A stretch of 48,707 bases of DNA from Candidatus Woesearchaeota archaeon (GCA_030154045.1 JASKKU010000003.1:1-48707), one strand, 5' to 3'; shown: positions 28,055 to 42,234, numbered from the stretch's first letter. The notes: generated from the sequence alone by a model not told the origin. Numbers and translations: made by a program.

Positions 28055-28234
28055 TTAGATTACACCTAACCATCTAACCCCTAAATTGTTCAAAATCAGC
28101 ACTAAAATTATCAAGATTATTGCTAGGGCAATAACTGCGCCAGGAGAAATCTGAAAATTGCTTTTAAACTCGTCATTATACCTGATTAAACCGCCCATAG
28201 ACATAGGAACTCTGATTTGGTCTCTTTTTGCCAT
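28055..28234 (-). CDS. secG: Preprotein translocase subunit Sec61beta (archaeal SecG)
   Basis: 59 aa from ATG at 28234. GGLIRYNDE followed by a single C-terminal TM is typical of the family. The track start at 28240 is TTG. Confidence 0.75.
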   Translation of the reverse strand: MAKRDQIRVPMSMGGLIRYNDEFKSNFQISPGAVIALAIILIILVLILNNLGVRWLGVI

Positions 28235-28367
28235 TTTCAAGAAATAGAAGTATTTTTTAATTTAATAATTTTTCTCTACAAAGCATCATAAAGCTTAAAA
28301 TTAATTTTTCAAATGAAAGGCTTAACAAAAAGTTTTAAGAATTAAGCTTTTTTCTTAAAAAAATGTT

Positions 28368-28451
28368 GCCAGGGTCGCATAACCCGGTAGTGCGGCTGGC
28401 TCGAGACCAGCTGGGCTTTTGCCTGTGTGGGTTCAAATCCCACCCCTGGCG
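28368..28451 (+). tRNA. tRNA-Ser (anticodon CGA)
   Basis: Acceptor GCCAGGG/CCCTGGC, anticodon stem GCTGG/CCAGC with loop CTCGAGA, a long variable arm (TGGGCTTTTGCCTGT), and T-arm GTGGG-TTCAAAT-CCCAC. Confidence 0.85.
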
Positions 28452-28476
28452 GTCAAAATTATAAAAATTATAAAAT

Positions 28477-30150
28477 TCATTCACAACTGAGGTTATAGAA
28501 ACTAACATAACTAAAGCTCGACTTTGTAGCATTACAATTTTTAAGCAGAGTTTGTAAATATTTTATACCATAATCATAAACTCCATAATAATCAAAAAAA
28601 ACTAATGTGAAATTTATTCTTTTTAAGGAATAATCTTTGTTCTTAGATTGATTATATTCTCTAAATACCTCCTTTAGATGTGACCATTTGAAATCGTAAC
28701 AATATGGCTTTAATTGATCAATACTCAAATTAGAAAGAGCTTCGGAGATTTTTTCTGTAGGGACCTCCTTACAAGAATCAGGGATGTTCATATAAATAAG
28801 GTCTGTTTTCTTTAGATCAATATTTATCTTGTGATTGTCAGTATATAAATTAAGTGGCTTAATTTCAATTTCGGGGTTTTTTGATTTTAAAATTAACGCA
28901 TAATCCAAAGGTCTAACTCCAAAAATCATTGGCATATAAGCTATTTGAGTAAACCCTTCAATAGTATGTGTTTCAAGATAGTTTATCATTTCTGATTTAT
29001 TGTACTTTACAGGAAACATAAATAAGCATAAGATCTCTAAAAAGATTATGCTAAAATAAAAAGTTTGTTTTAGATAATAGTGTTTTTTAAAAAAAGCTTT
29101 GTTTAAAAAAGAAACTAAAATTAAAATTGCTGGAATAAGTAAAGCAATCCCATATCTAAAACGAGGAAAAATTAAGTGAAGATTATATGAGAAAGAATAC
29201 ATTATAAGGAAAATATAAAGGTATAATACCCAAAAATAACTCTTTAATAAAACAAATGGAGAAACTATCAAAGAAATAAAAAAAATAAAATTACTTTTGG
29301 GAGACTTAAATATAAAAAAGGCAATGTTTTTAATAATTTTGAGAATTGTTTGGCTTTCAAGATATTGTAAAATTCTATTAAAAAATCTTTTAAATAAAAA
29401 AATAAATGGAACTAAAATTAAAGAATAAAAAAAAGATCTCATTAAAGGAAAATCATTTAAATTTAACCAAAAAATAAAATAAAGCCAAACAAAAATAAGG
29501 TTATCAACTTTGATGAATGCCGAATAAAAAAGAAGAAATAACGAAAATATAAAGAACAATTTTTTTGTTACCTTTTTAGTACTATTTTTAGATAAATAAA
29601 GAAATAAAAGAGTTTGTAAAAAATAACAATGGGATATAAAAATATAAGATAAGGACCTAGAGAAAAAGAAAAAGTTAGGAAACAAAACTAAAATTAAAAC
29701 AGGTAAGATTGATTTTTCGTCCAAAAGTTTAATTATAAAATAAAAAGAGAGTAACAAAATAACCGAAGAGTATAACGTAAAAAAAGTTATATGAAGAGGT
29801 AATAACCTAAAATTTGGATTAAGAATTAGAAGTAGCTTAAATATAGGATATAAAACCGAAGTAATCAAAAAAGGGTTCTCACTTGAACCATACCATCCTT
29901 CTGGTAAATCAAAATCATAAAGTTTTACATATAGTTGTTCATAAATATACAAATCATCATCGTCATCTGATCCATAATAAGGATTTGATAAAAATATTTT
30001 AATAAATACAAAAAATAGTATAATCAAAAACAACGATAATTTCTTAAATAAAGATTCTGACTTTAATTTTTTTATAACTGTATACCAAAACAAAACCTGC
30101 GATAAATAAAAAAAAACAAAAATTATATTGCTGATAGTTTCGGTTAACAT
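28477..30150 (-). CDS. Large polytopic membrane protein, candidate GT-C-type glycosyltransferase, with a C-terminal soluble domain
   Basis: About 557 aa. At least 12 hydrophobic spans over the first roughly 400 aa. The first external loop carries YYGSDDDDDLYIYE. The C-terminal part (about 150 aa) is hydrophilic and contains Cys. No WWDxG motif was seen. ATG at 30150. Confidence 0.5.
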   Translation of the reverse strand: MLTETISNIIFVFFYLSQVLFWYTVIKKLKSESLFKKLSLFLIILFFVFIKIFLSNPYYGSDDDDDLYIYEQLYVKLYDFDLPEGWYGSSENPFLITSVLYPIFKLLLILNPNFRLLPLHITFFTLYSSVILLLSFYFIIKLLDEKSILPVLILVLFPNFFFFSRSLSYIFISHCYFLQTLLFLYLSKNSTKKVTKKLFFIFSLFLLFYSAFIKVDNLIFVWLYFIFWLNLNDFPLMRSFFYSLILVPFIFLFKRFFNRILQYLESQTILKIIKNIAFFIFKSPKSNFIFFISLIVSPFVLLKSYFWVLYLYIFLIMYSFSYNLHLIFPRFRYGIALLIPAILILVSFLNKAFFKKHYYLKQTFYFSIIFLEILCLFMFPVKYNKSEMINYLETHTIEGFTQIAYMPMIFGVRPLDYALILKSKNPEIEIKPLNLYTDNHKINIDLKKTDLIYMNIPDSCKEVPTEKISEALSNLSIDQLKPYCYDFKWSHLKEVFREYNQSKNKDYSLKRINFTLVFFDYYGVYDYGIKYLQTLLKNCNATKSSFSYVSFYNLSCE

Positions 30151-30187
30151 CAAAGTATTAAAGAAAGATCTATTTTTTAATTTTTCG

Positions 30188-31801
30188 TTATTCTTCCTTC
30201 TTAATCAGGATCTCAGCAATCTTTGAGAACGCTGGTCTTGTAATTACAACACCTATAGTAACTCCTGTAATCGTAGCTATTGCGAAGCCTTTGAGCAAAC
30301 CTGCTCCTGCAAAAACTAAAGGAACCATTGCTGCAACGGTTGTAAAATAAGAACCAAAGATAATGAAGAATGCTCTGCCAAGTATCTTCTTCCAATTTGT
30401 GAACTTTGAAGAGTAACCTTTCTTTATCTCATCCATGATAACGATTAAATCATCAACACCTGTACCTACAGCAACCAAAATTCCTGCAATTGATGCTGAG
30501 TCAAGGTTCCAGCTCGTTAATGCTGCAAAGCCTAGAAGAATAATGACTTCACTTAACATAATCAAGAACATAGGCATAATTACTGCAGGTTCTCTATATC
30601 TTACAAAGAGTATGAAAACAATTGCGATCATAGAAAACAAACCAATAATAGCAGCGCCTGAAATAAATTCTTTACCTAGTTTAGGGGAAATGTTCTCAAC
30701 ACTAACTACATCAAGTTTAACTGGCATGCTACCAGACATTAAAATGGATTGCAAACTCTTCATTTGCTTAGTTGAGTCTGCTACAGCCTCTTGGTAAGTT
30801 GCTCCTTTTCCATAGCCTGTGATTAAAATCTGAGTTGTTTCTCTACCTTTTAGGCCTGCACTTATCCTCAAAGAATCATAGAGTTTCCCATCCAAGTAAA
30901 GGTCCAAAGTTTCATTGAGATAGCCCTCAGTTGAACCTGCAGAATAAACAACATCTAAATCCTTGGTTATTTCAGCCTGCCTTTTTGCAGCATCTGGACT
31001 TAAACTAATTGAGAAACTGAAAGCGCAGACATATTGATTACCCTGTCTTTGGCAACCACCTCTTGTAGGATCTACAGCATGACTGCATTCTGGGCTTCTG
31101 CAAACATAAGTAATGTCCTTTTTACCACCAACAAAAACAGTTTTATTACCTATCTTTGCAACGAAGTTTCCCTGCTTTGTAAGCAAATCTCTAATAATCT
31201 CTTCGCTTTCACCAGCAATTTCGACAATAATATATTCCTTGCCATCAAGGTCCCGTGCAATTCTTACAGACAAATCTGAAAGACCATAGAAGTTAAGCCT
31301 TTGTTTAATGTTTTCAATTACTAAATCAAGGTCAGTATCATTAACCTCTTTCTCAGGTTTAAGTATTGCTCTGGTTCCGCCAACAATATCTAAACCAAAC
31401 TGTATGTTACTTTTAGGAGCGTCATACACTCTTAAGCCTAAGTACACTGAGCCATTATTGTCACCTACCAAAACAGAATATTGGCCTTTGTTGGTTACAA
31501 TCAAAGCAGTCATATTTGGTTTTAAAGTTGAAATCACATTAAGGTAATCTTGAATATTTTCTATCTTCACTTGATTAATCTCCTTGATTACCTCTCTAGA
31601 AGTAGGAGGGACAATTTTATCAGGGATTCTTATGCCTGCTAAGTATGCAGGACTATCTTTCTCTACTCCTCTAATTGCGACACCTGAAGCCAGAGGCTTT
31701 GGATTAATCGCAATTATGGCTAGCACTACAAAGAATATCAAAATCCATACTTGAACTTTTGAAAATATTTGCTTAAGCTTTTGTTTCATTTTTCTCAGCA
31801 T
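30188..31801 (-). CDS. secD: Protein-export membrane protein SecD
   Basis: 537 aa. N-terminal TM, a large external domain, and a C-terminal 5-TM bundle with GVDDLIVIMDEI. It follows secF as in other archaea. An alternative ATG is at 31789. Confidence 0.85.
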   Translation of the reverse strand: MLRKMKQKLKQIFSKVQVWILIFFVVLAIIAINPKPLASGVAIRGVEKDSPAYLAGIRIPDKIVPPTSREVIKEINQVKIENIQDYLNVISTLKPNMTALIVTNKGQYSVLVGDNNGSVYLGLRVYDAPKSNIQFGLDIVGGTRAILKPEKEVNDTDLDLVIENIKQRLNFYGLSDLSVRIARDLDGKEYIIVEIAGESEEIIRDLLTKQGNFVAKIGNKTVFVGGKKDITYVCRSPECSHAVDPTRGGCQRQGNQYVCAFSFSISLSPDAAKRQAEITKDLDVVYSAGSTEGYLNETLDLYLDGKLYDSLRISAGLKGRETTQILITGYGKGATYQEAVADSTKQMKSLQSILMSGSMPVKLDVVSVENISPKLGKEFISGAAIIGLFSMIAIVFILFVRYREPAVIMPMFLIMLSEVIILLGFAALTSWNLDSASIAGILVAVGTGVDDLIVIMDEIKKGYSSKFTNWKKILGRAFFIIFGSYFTTVAAMVPLVFAGAGLLKGFAIATITGVTIGVVITRPAFSKIAEILIKKEE

Positions 31802-32651
31802 ACATTCTTAATATTGCTGCATTTTGAATCCATGTGCTTAGTAAATCAACACATAAGCCAATGAATAGAATCAACATAATTTGTTTTATGTCTAAGGAAT
31901 TAGTTAGGAAATAAGCAAGGGTAACAACAATAATTGTGGTAAAACTCATGGTTAAACCTGTTTTCATTGCATCAATTACCCTTTCAAAAACAGAGCCTTT
32001 CTTATTCTTTAAAACTCTTGTAGTCAACAAGATATCTGTGTCTACAGAATAACCAATCAACATTAGAAAAGCAGCCATACCTGCTTTAGAAACCTTTATT
32101 CCCAAAAGATTCACAATAGATAACATTACAATGAGATCTGTAAAAGCAGACAATACAACAGCAAAAGAAGGAACTGGCACTTTAAAATAAAGGAATACAA
32201 CAATAGCCATTAAAATAAAGGCAAAGATGAGAGCTTTAACAGTTTGCTGGAAGAAACTCTCTCCTAAAGAAGGACCAAGATAACTTGTAGAGTAATCAAA
32301 GTTTCCAAATTCCTTCTTTAAGTATGAGACCAATTGTTCACCCTGTGATGAATCTAAAGTTGTCTCAATAATAAAAGCGTAAGGACTTTCTGAGCTTTGT
32401 ATCTTTTTTATATCAATATCTTCCTTAGGAAAATACGACTTAAAAAGCTCTATTACTTTATCTAAATCAATACGAGAATCAGGATAAACTGTTACCGTGA
32501 AACCGCCTTTTAATGAAACGCCTTTATGTATGAAATCTCCTGTAGTTAAGGTCTGATAGGTTATTTGACCAATGGCAAAGATTAATAAGAAAATAGTAAT
32601 TAAGAGCAGAGGTTTGTAATGGTCTCTATAAATCCGTTTTATTGAATTCAT
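31773..32651 (-). CDS. secF: Protein-export membrane protein SecF
   Basis: 292 aa. N-terminal TM, a small external domain, and a 5-TM bundle with LIGYSVDTDILLTTRV. Confidence 0.85.
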   Translation of the reverse strand: MNSIKRIYRDHYKPLLLITIFLLIFAIGQITYQTLTTGDFIHKGVSLKGGFTVTVYPDSRIDLDKVIELFKSYFPKEDIDIKKIQSSESPYAFIIETTLDSSQGEQLVSYLKKEFGNFDYSTSYLGPSLGESFFQQTVKALIFAFILMAIVVFLYFKVPVPSFAVVLSAFTDLIVMLSIVNLLGIKVSKAGMAAFLMLIGYSVDTDILLTTRVLKNKKGSVFERVIDAMKTGLTMSFTTIIVVTLAYFLTNSLDIKQIMLILFIGLCVDLLSTWIQNAAILRMYAEKNETKA

Positions 32652-32787
32652 GAAATAGAGTTTTTGAGGATTTTTTTTAAACTTTTTGGTTTAATCATTT
32701 TTGAGGGTATAAAAAGAGATATAAAAGTAAAAAAGTTTAAAAAGTAAAATTTAGAATTAAGAGATAATAGAAAAAATCAAATTAAAA

Positions 32788-33255
32788 ATGAAAACACGAT
32801 TCACTAGAAAATCGCAAGTTGCTGTGGAATACCTCATCTTATTTGTAGTTATTACATCGATAATTGCCCCTTTAACTTATATGATTTATTCTTCTCTTCA
32901 CACTACAGACATTGATGTTTCTGCGAAAGTCATAAAAAATATTGGTTTAGAGATAATTTCTAAAGCTGAGGATATTTATTATTTGGCGCCACCATCTAAA
33001 ATAAGTTTCACTGCAGAATTTCCAACAAGGGTTTTGAGAATAGAGAACATAACTGAGAGTTATACCGATGGAGGGGTTACAACTACAAATTATGTCGTTA
33101 GCTTCTTATTAGAAGGTGATGTTGAAGTCCCATTAGTTTCAAAAGTTCCGATATTTATAAATGAAAGCAATATCAGCAAAGGTACAAAAACAATTGTTGT
33201 GTTTACAAACACAAGTACAACTGATGATTTTTTTGTTACAGTGAAGATTGAATAA
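32788..33255 (+). CDS. Archaeal type IV pilin-like protein (class III signal peptide)
   Basis: 155 aa. N-terminus MKTRFTRKS/QVAVEYLILFVVITSIIA has a basic stretch, a small residue, Q at +1, E at +5 and a hydrophobic helix. Confidence 0.65.
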   Translation: MKTRFTRKSQVAVEYLILFVVITSIIAPLTYMIYSSLHTTDIDVSAKVIKNIGLEIISKAEDIYYLAPPSKISFTAEFPTRVLRIENITESYTDGGVTTTNYVVSFLLEGDVEVPLVSKVPIFINESNISKGTKTIVVFTNTSTTDDFFVTVKIE

Positions 33256-33329
33256 AATTAAACCAATACAAAAAATAAAACAACTGATTTAGATTACTTT
33301 TTTAATCGCTTTAAAAGGTTCAAAATAGA

Positions 33330-33806
33330 ATGCTAAAAAAACATAAGATAGCACAAATATCTATTGAATTCAGTTTAACTTTATCGTTTTTAATAATCAT
33401 GCTTTTAATAATCGAAGCTGCTTTTATGGACTTAAATTACAAATCAAGACTCTCTACTGCTTCAGCAGTGCTAAAAGACTATCTAAAAACATTATCCACA
33501 GAGATAATCATTGCAAAAAATTCATATCCTGTATACACTAGAAACTTTGAGGTTTTAAAAAAGCTTGGTACTTTTGATTTGGATTTTGAATTGTTTAATT
33601 ATTCAGACCACAGCGAGATTGTCTTGAATACTTCAAGCAAGAATGTTTTAGGAGAATTTGTTTATTATCTGCCTTTTGTGGTTTATGGTGATTTCTGTGA
33701 AGGAAAATGTAATAATATCACAAAACTCAAGGATGGAAGGATTTGTGTAAATGATTGTAACAAGGCTCATTTAAACTGTGAATTGTTGCCAAGCTCTTGT
33801 TCTTAG
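33330..33806 (+). CDS. Archaeal type IV pilin-like protein (class III signal peptide, QxSxEF type) with a Cys-rich C-terminus
   Basis: 158 aa. MLKKHKIA/QISIEFSLTLSFLIIMLLII matches the DUF361-type QxSxEF motif. The last 45 aa contain 8 Cys. Confidence 0.65.
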   Translation: MLKKHKIAQISIEFSLTLSFLIIMLLIIEAAFMDLNYKSRLSTASAVLKDYLKTLSTEIIIAKNSYPVYTRNFEVLKKLGTFDLDFELFNYSDHSEIVLNTSSKNVLGEFVYYLPFVVYGDFCEGKCNNITKLKDGRICVNDCNKAHLNCELLPSSCS

Positions 33807-33816
33807 GAGGGTAAGA

Positions 33817-35847
33817 ATGGAGTCTAAGATAAAAACAAAGTTAATTACAATAATACTATTTCTAAGCTTAATTTTCGGGCAGGCCTACTTAAAAGTTGAT
33901 GAGGTTTTAGCGCAACCACTAACTTTTGATGAGCTTACTTCAATTACTTCAAGTTATAGCAATCTAACTTTTGATTATTTAATTAATGTTAATATGTTCT
34001 CTGAAAAAAGTTATTTGTATTCTTTAGATTTAGATTTAAATATACAATTATCTAATGAATCAAGGCAAGAAGTTGTCGAAGCCAGAAGTGAGATCGAAAA
34101 TATCTCTAAAGTGAGCATTTCTGAACTTAAGCCAAATCATATTTCCCTTAAAGATATAAAACAAAGCAAGAAAATTCCAGTTAAATTTCATTTGCGGTAT
34201 TATACTAAGAGATATTTTCCTAAGATTACACAAGAGATTAGTTATCCTTATTTTTTCTCCAATGAAGAGAAAGAAGAGCTTTCACCATATCTAAAAAACA
34301 CACCCATTATAAATTATGATTCTCCAGTAATTCAAGAGAAAGCACAAGAATTAATCAAAGGAGAAGAGGATTATTATTCAGCTGTTGTTAAAATTGCCGA
34401 GTTTACAAAAAAGAATGTTAATTATGTTTTAACTGATTCAACAGAAAATGACATTAAACGAGCGTCTTGGGTCTTAATAAATAAAGAAGGAGTCTGCGAT
34501 GAAATAACTGTTTTGTTTATTGCACTATTGAGAGCTGCAGGTATCCCTGCAAGGTTTGTTTCTGGAATTGCTTATACTAACATCGATGAAGAAAAGCCGT
34601 GGGGATATCATAGCTGGGCGGAGGTTTATTTTCCTGATTACGGTTGGGTTCCATTTGATGTCACTTTTGGAGAATTCGGATATTTGGATTCATTACATAT
34701 AGTTCTTTCTAGGCCAAAATACGAGAAAACTGATGAGATAAGTTATGTGTGGAAAAGTAGGGACACAAATGTAAAAATCAAGAAGACAAATGAAAGCTTC
34801 TCATATAAAATCTTAAACCAAGATGGTTTTTCAGAAATAATTCCAAGATTAAAAGCTTATCCTGAAAAAGAAGAAACAGGATTTCCATCCTATAATCTAA
34901 TTAAAGTTCAACTTGAAAATGAGTATCCTTATTATCTCCCTATTGTTATTGAAGCAATCATTCCTAAGGGGCTTAGCTTAATAGATAACAGCACAAAAGT
35001 TTTGGTTCTTAAACCACGCGAAAAAAAGCAGGTTAGTTTTTTAGTAAGAGTCCCTTCTAACCTCAAGCAGGATTATATTTACACTATGCCTGTATTGTTT
35101 GTTATCAACGGGAAAGAGTTTAATACAAGTTTCAAAGTCAATATTCTTAGTGAGACCTATTCTAAAGAATTTTTTGATTCTAAAGAAAAGGTTGAAAAAA
35201 AAGAAAGTATTGATATTACTTGTAATTTCAACAAATACATCTATATTAATGAGACACAAAAGGTTGATTGTAAGATAAAAAATATTGGGAGCCAAGAGAT
35301 TACTGATTTAATATGTTTGGAGGAATCCTGTTATAATCTCAATTTAAAACCTTCTGAAGAGAAAGAGTTTTCTTTCAATTATCTTCTAACTTCATTAGGA
35401 TGGCAGGCTATAAGCTTAAAGTACCTAAATGAAGAAAGATTGCTGAAGGTGCTTGTGTTGCCTAAACCAAACATCACCATAAATTATGAGGTTAAAGGCA
35501 AAGATAACGAGATAAATAACAAAAGCATACTGCTCAAGTTAAAACCAACTGTTCCTGTAAAGGATTTAAAATTAGGTTTGGATATAAAACTGGACGATAA
35601 TTTATTAGTTCGGATTGCAAACTATTCTTTAGAAAATTTGAACCAAAGCATAACATTACTAATTTCAATAGACAAATTTTTCATATACAATCAAACAAAC
35701 CGCTATCTGTTAGAAATAAATTACTCTGACCCAATTAAAGAATATCAGACAAAAAAGATGCTTGAAATTAGATTGAAAGATTTGAGTTTTAAGGATAGGA
35801 TAATCTTGTTTTTTAGAAGAATATTGCTAAGGTTAGGGTTTATCTAA
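33817..35847 (+). CDS. Secreted/surface transglutaminase-like cysteine protease-fold protein with beta-rich repeats and a C-terminal hydrophobic anchor
   Basis: About 676 aa from ATG at 33817, which is preceded by AGGAGG. Signal peptide MESKIKTKLITIILFLSLIFGQA. The Cys-His-Asp core is EGVCDEITVLFIALLRAAGIPARFVSG, GYHSWAEVYF, GWVPFD. The C-terminus is IILFFRRILLRLGFI. Confidence 0.8.
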   Translation: MESKIKTKLITIILFLSLIFGQAYLKVDEVLAQPLTFDELTSITSSYSNLTFDYLINVNMFSEKSYLYSLDLDLNIQLSNESRQEVVEARSEIENISKVSISELKPNHISLKDIKQSKKIPVKFHLRYYTKRYFPKITQEISYPYFFSNEEKEELSPYLKNTPIINYDSPVIQEKAQELIKGEEDYYSAVVKIAEFTKKNVNYVLTDSTENDIKRASWVLINKEGVCDEITVLFIALLRAAGIPARFVSGIAYTNIDEEKPWGYHSWAEVYFPDYGWVPFDVTFGEFGYLDSLHIVLSRPKYEKTDEISYVWKSRDTNVKIKKTNESFSYKILNQDGFSEIIPRLKAYPEKEETGFPSYNLIKVQLENEYPYYLPIVIEAIIPKGLSLIDNSTKVLVLKPREKKQVSFLVRVPSNLKQDYIYTMPVLFVINGKEFNTSFKVNILSETYSKEFFDSKEKVEKKESIDITCNFNKYIYINETQKVDCKIKNIGSQEITDLICLEESCYNLNLKPSEEKEFSFNYLLTSLGWQAISLKYLNEERLLKVLVLPKPNITINYEVKGKDNEINNKSILLKLKPTVPVKDLKLGLDIKLDDNLLVRIANYSLENLNQSITLLISIDKFFIYNQTNRYLLEINYSDPIKEYQTKKMLEIRLKDLSFKDRIILFFRRILLRLGFI

Positions 35848-35897
35848 CCTTAAGTTATAAACTTAAGCTAAACAGAGTAACTTCCTTGATTGCTGAG

Positions 35898-37484
35898 CTA
35901 ATGTTTCTTAATTACTTCACCAGTTACACTCCTAAGCATATATGATGTAACCTTAATATCGTATTTTTTACCTAGTTCTAATCGTTCATTCACTCCTACA
36001 ACTAGAGGATATGAACCAAACTGCCTAAGGAATGTATGATTCCCATCATGGATTTCTGCCAAGCAATCTTTTAATATGGTTCCTTTTGGCAAAATTCTCT
36101 GAAGCATTATATTATCAAACTTTTCTCTAATCTTTTTACGCCAAGAAAAATAATATCTCCTGTTTTTTCTCAAGTATTTGTTCCCAGCCAACTGTTCAAT
36201 TAAAGTACCTTTAAAAGGTACAACCTCACGGATATTTACTCTCCTAACTAACAAACCTCTATTAAGAATCTCCATTAAGAAATCAAAAGTGTAGTTAAAA
36301 CTTGATTTTGTTTCACCGATTAAGCCAAATAACAAGTTAATACCTGGAAGAAACAAAGGCATGCCATTATTTCCTCTCTCCGAGCCATATTTGTTAATGA
36401 TTTCAACTGCTTTAAGAGCAGTTTGTAAATCAACCTTCAAGTTGTTTAGTTTTACAACTTTAGGGTCAACGGATTCGATACCTAAGGCAGCAACATTTCC
36501 AGGAGTACAATATTTAACGATAAGTTTTGTAATTGTTTCGCCCTTAGGAGAAACAACATGCAAAGGATTAACATTATCAATATGTAAAGTTTCTGGATTT
36601 AAAGACCTAATTGAACTAAGTAAAAATTCTATCTTTTTCACATCCCCTTCAAAATAATCATAGAAACTTGTTTGTTTTCCTAATCTAAAATGCTTTGAAC
36701 CTAACTTTGAAAGCGCCTTAGCCTCTTCAATAATGCCTTCTGGCTCCCTGAAAGAGATTCTGTTCTTAAATTTCTCCACACAAAAACTGCAAGGCAAAGC
36801 TTTTGTGCAACCTCTATAAGTTTCAAGTTCAACAATATATTCCCAAGGAATTTGATTGACAATACGAGCTCCTAAAACTGAGATCTTATCTAGGTATTCA
36901 AAAGGCGACACTACAAATTCATTTTTACTATTATTTTCAATATTTTCGGGAAGATGTTGAAAAAAACTGTAATCCTCTACAGGAATGATTTTATCAAAAA
37001 AACTGTTTATTTTATCATAAAAATCATTTTTTATGTAAACTCCACCAATTGATGAAGAACCAAATCCAAAAGCTATAGGGCCGAACAATAACTTTTTCTT
37101 TTTTGAAATAATTCCTTTAGAAAGTTTTTCAAGTTGAGTTGAAATGTTTAACAATTCCTTAAAAGTTCCTGGAACTGCTCTTAAATACTTTCCAGGAGTT
37201 AGAACTCCCATTATAAAAATCAAAATATCGCTATGAATGATTGCTTCAAAAACGTCTTCCTTGCTTCGTGTTAGATTATATCTTTTTATGTTTGTTTTCA
37301 ATCCTGGTCTTTCTGATGGAAAGGCTAAGTTTCTAAGGTCATCTACTGTGATATAAAAGATTTCTTTCACTTTTGGATTTAGTGTTAAGGCTCCATAGAT
37401 GTATCTGGGATATGTTCCTATATACGGAGGAACACCTAATCCAGAGGGTTCATCTGTATAAAAATCAATGATTAAAACTTTCAT
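35898..37484 (-). CDS. Radical SAM-superfamily protein with atypical cluster spacing (CX5CX2C)
   Basis: 528 aa. ETYRGCTKALPCSFCVE lies where CX3CX2C normally sits. A later GIESVDPKVV segment is typical of radical SAM cores. The N-terminal domain (about 200 aa) is flavodoxin/B12-like (MKVLIIDFY...). Confidence 0.65.
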   Translation of the reverse strand: MKVLIIDFYTDEPSGLGVPPYIGTYPRYIYGALTLNPKVKEIFYITVDDLRNLAFPSERPGLKTNIKRYNLTRSKEDVFEAIIHSDILIFIMGVLTPGKYLRAVPGTFKELLNISTQLEKLSKGIISKKKKLLFGPIAFGFGSSSIGGVYIKNDFYDKINSFFDKIIPVEDYSFFQHLPENIENNSKNEFVVSPFEYLDKISVLGARIVNQIPWEYIVELETYRGCTKALPCSFCVEKFKNRISFREPEGIIEEAKALSKLGSKHFRLGKQTSFYDYFEGDVKKIEFLLSSIRSLNPETLHIDNVNPLHVVSPKGETITKLIVKYCTPGNVAALGIESVDPKVVKLNNLKVDLQTALKAVEIINKYGSERGNNGMPLFLPGINLLFGLIGETKSSFNYTFDFLMEILNRGLLVRRVNIREVVPFKGTLIEQLAGNKYLRKNRRYYFSWRKKIREKFDNIMLQRILPKGTILKDCLAEIHDGNHTFLRQFGSYPLVVGVNERLELGKKYDIKVTSYMLRSVTGEVIKKH

Positions 37485-37565
37485 GCAAAAATAAAGAAGT
37501 TGTTAATCAATTAAAAGTTATCTATTTGGAGTATTATCCTATTTTTTAAATAACAACAAGTACTA

Positions 37566-37590
37566 GGCCAAAAAGAAAAAAATGAAAGAC
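37566..37590 (-). terminator. Oligo-T tract downstream of the 23S processing stem (candidate rRNA operon terminator)
   Basis: The minus strand reads GUCUUUCAUUUUUUUCUUUUUGGCC immediately after the 3' half of the 23S flanking helix. Confidence 0.35.
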
Positions 37591-37617
37591 CGCACATAGA
37601 CATGCCTGGTTATAAAA

Positions 37618-40516
<2,899 letters not shown>

Positions 40517-40632
40517 TTAGTAACCAGGCATGCCTATGCACGGCCTCATTAACATGATATCGACCTTCAGGCCTTTACCTTAAAGATAAAGACCCTCACC
40601 TTGATAAAGCATCAAAGGAATATAATTTTGGA

Positions 40633-40706
40633 TGGACCCGTCGGGATTTGAACCCGAGGCCTCCGCCTTGCAAGGGCGGCGCTCTTCCAGACTGAGCTAC
40701 AGGCCC
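40633..40706 (-). tRNA. tRNA-Ala (anticodon TGC) in the 16S-23S spacer
   Basis: Reverse complement is GGGCCTG-TA-GCTC...GAGC-G-CCGCC-CTTGCAA-GGCGG-...-TCGGG-TTCAAAT-CCCGA-CGGGTCC-A. The G3:U70 Ala identity pair is present. Confidence 0.9.
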
Positions 40707-40761
40707 GTGTGAAGTAATGAGGGAAGCCCCTCTAAGATTTTGAATATTTAAAGGTAAAAAA

Positions 40762-42234
<1,473 letters not shown>

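Noticed and set aside
28335-28532. 65-aa minus-strand ORF
   Set aside because: It spans tRNA-Ser on the opposite strand and the 3' end of the neighbouring membrane-protein gene. There is no independent coding signal.
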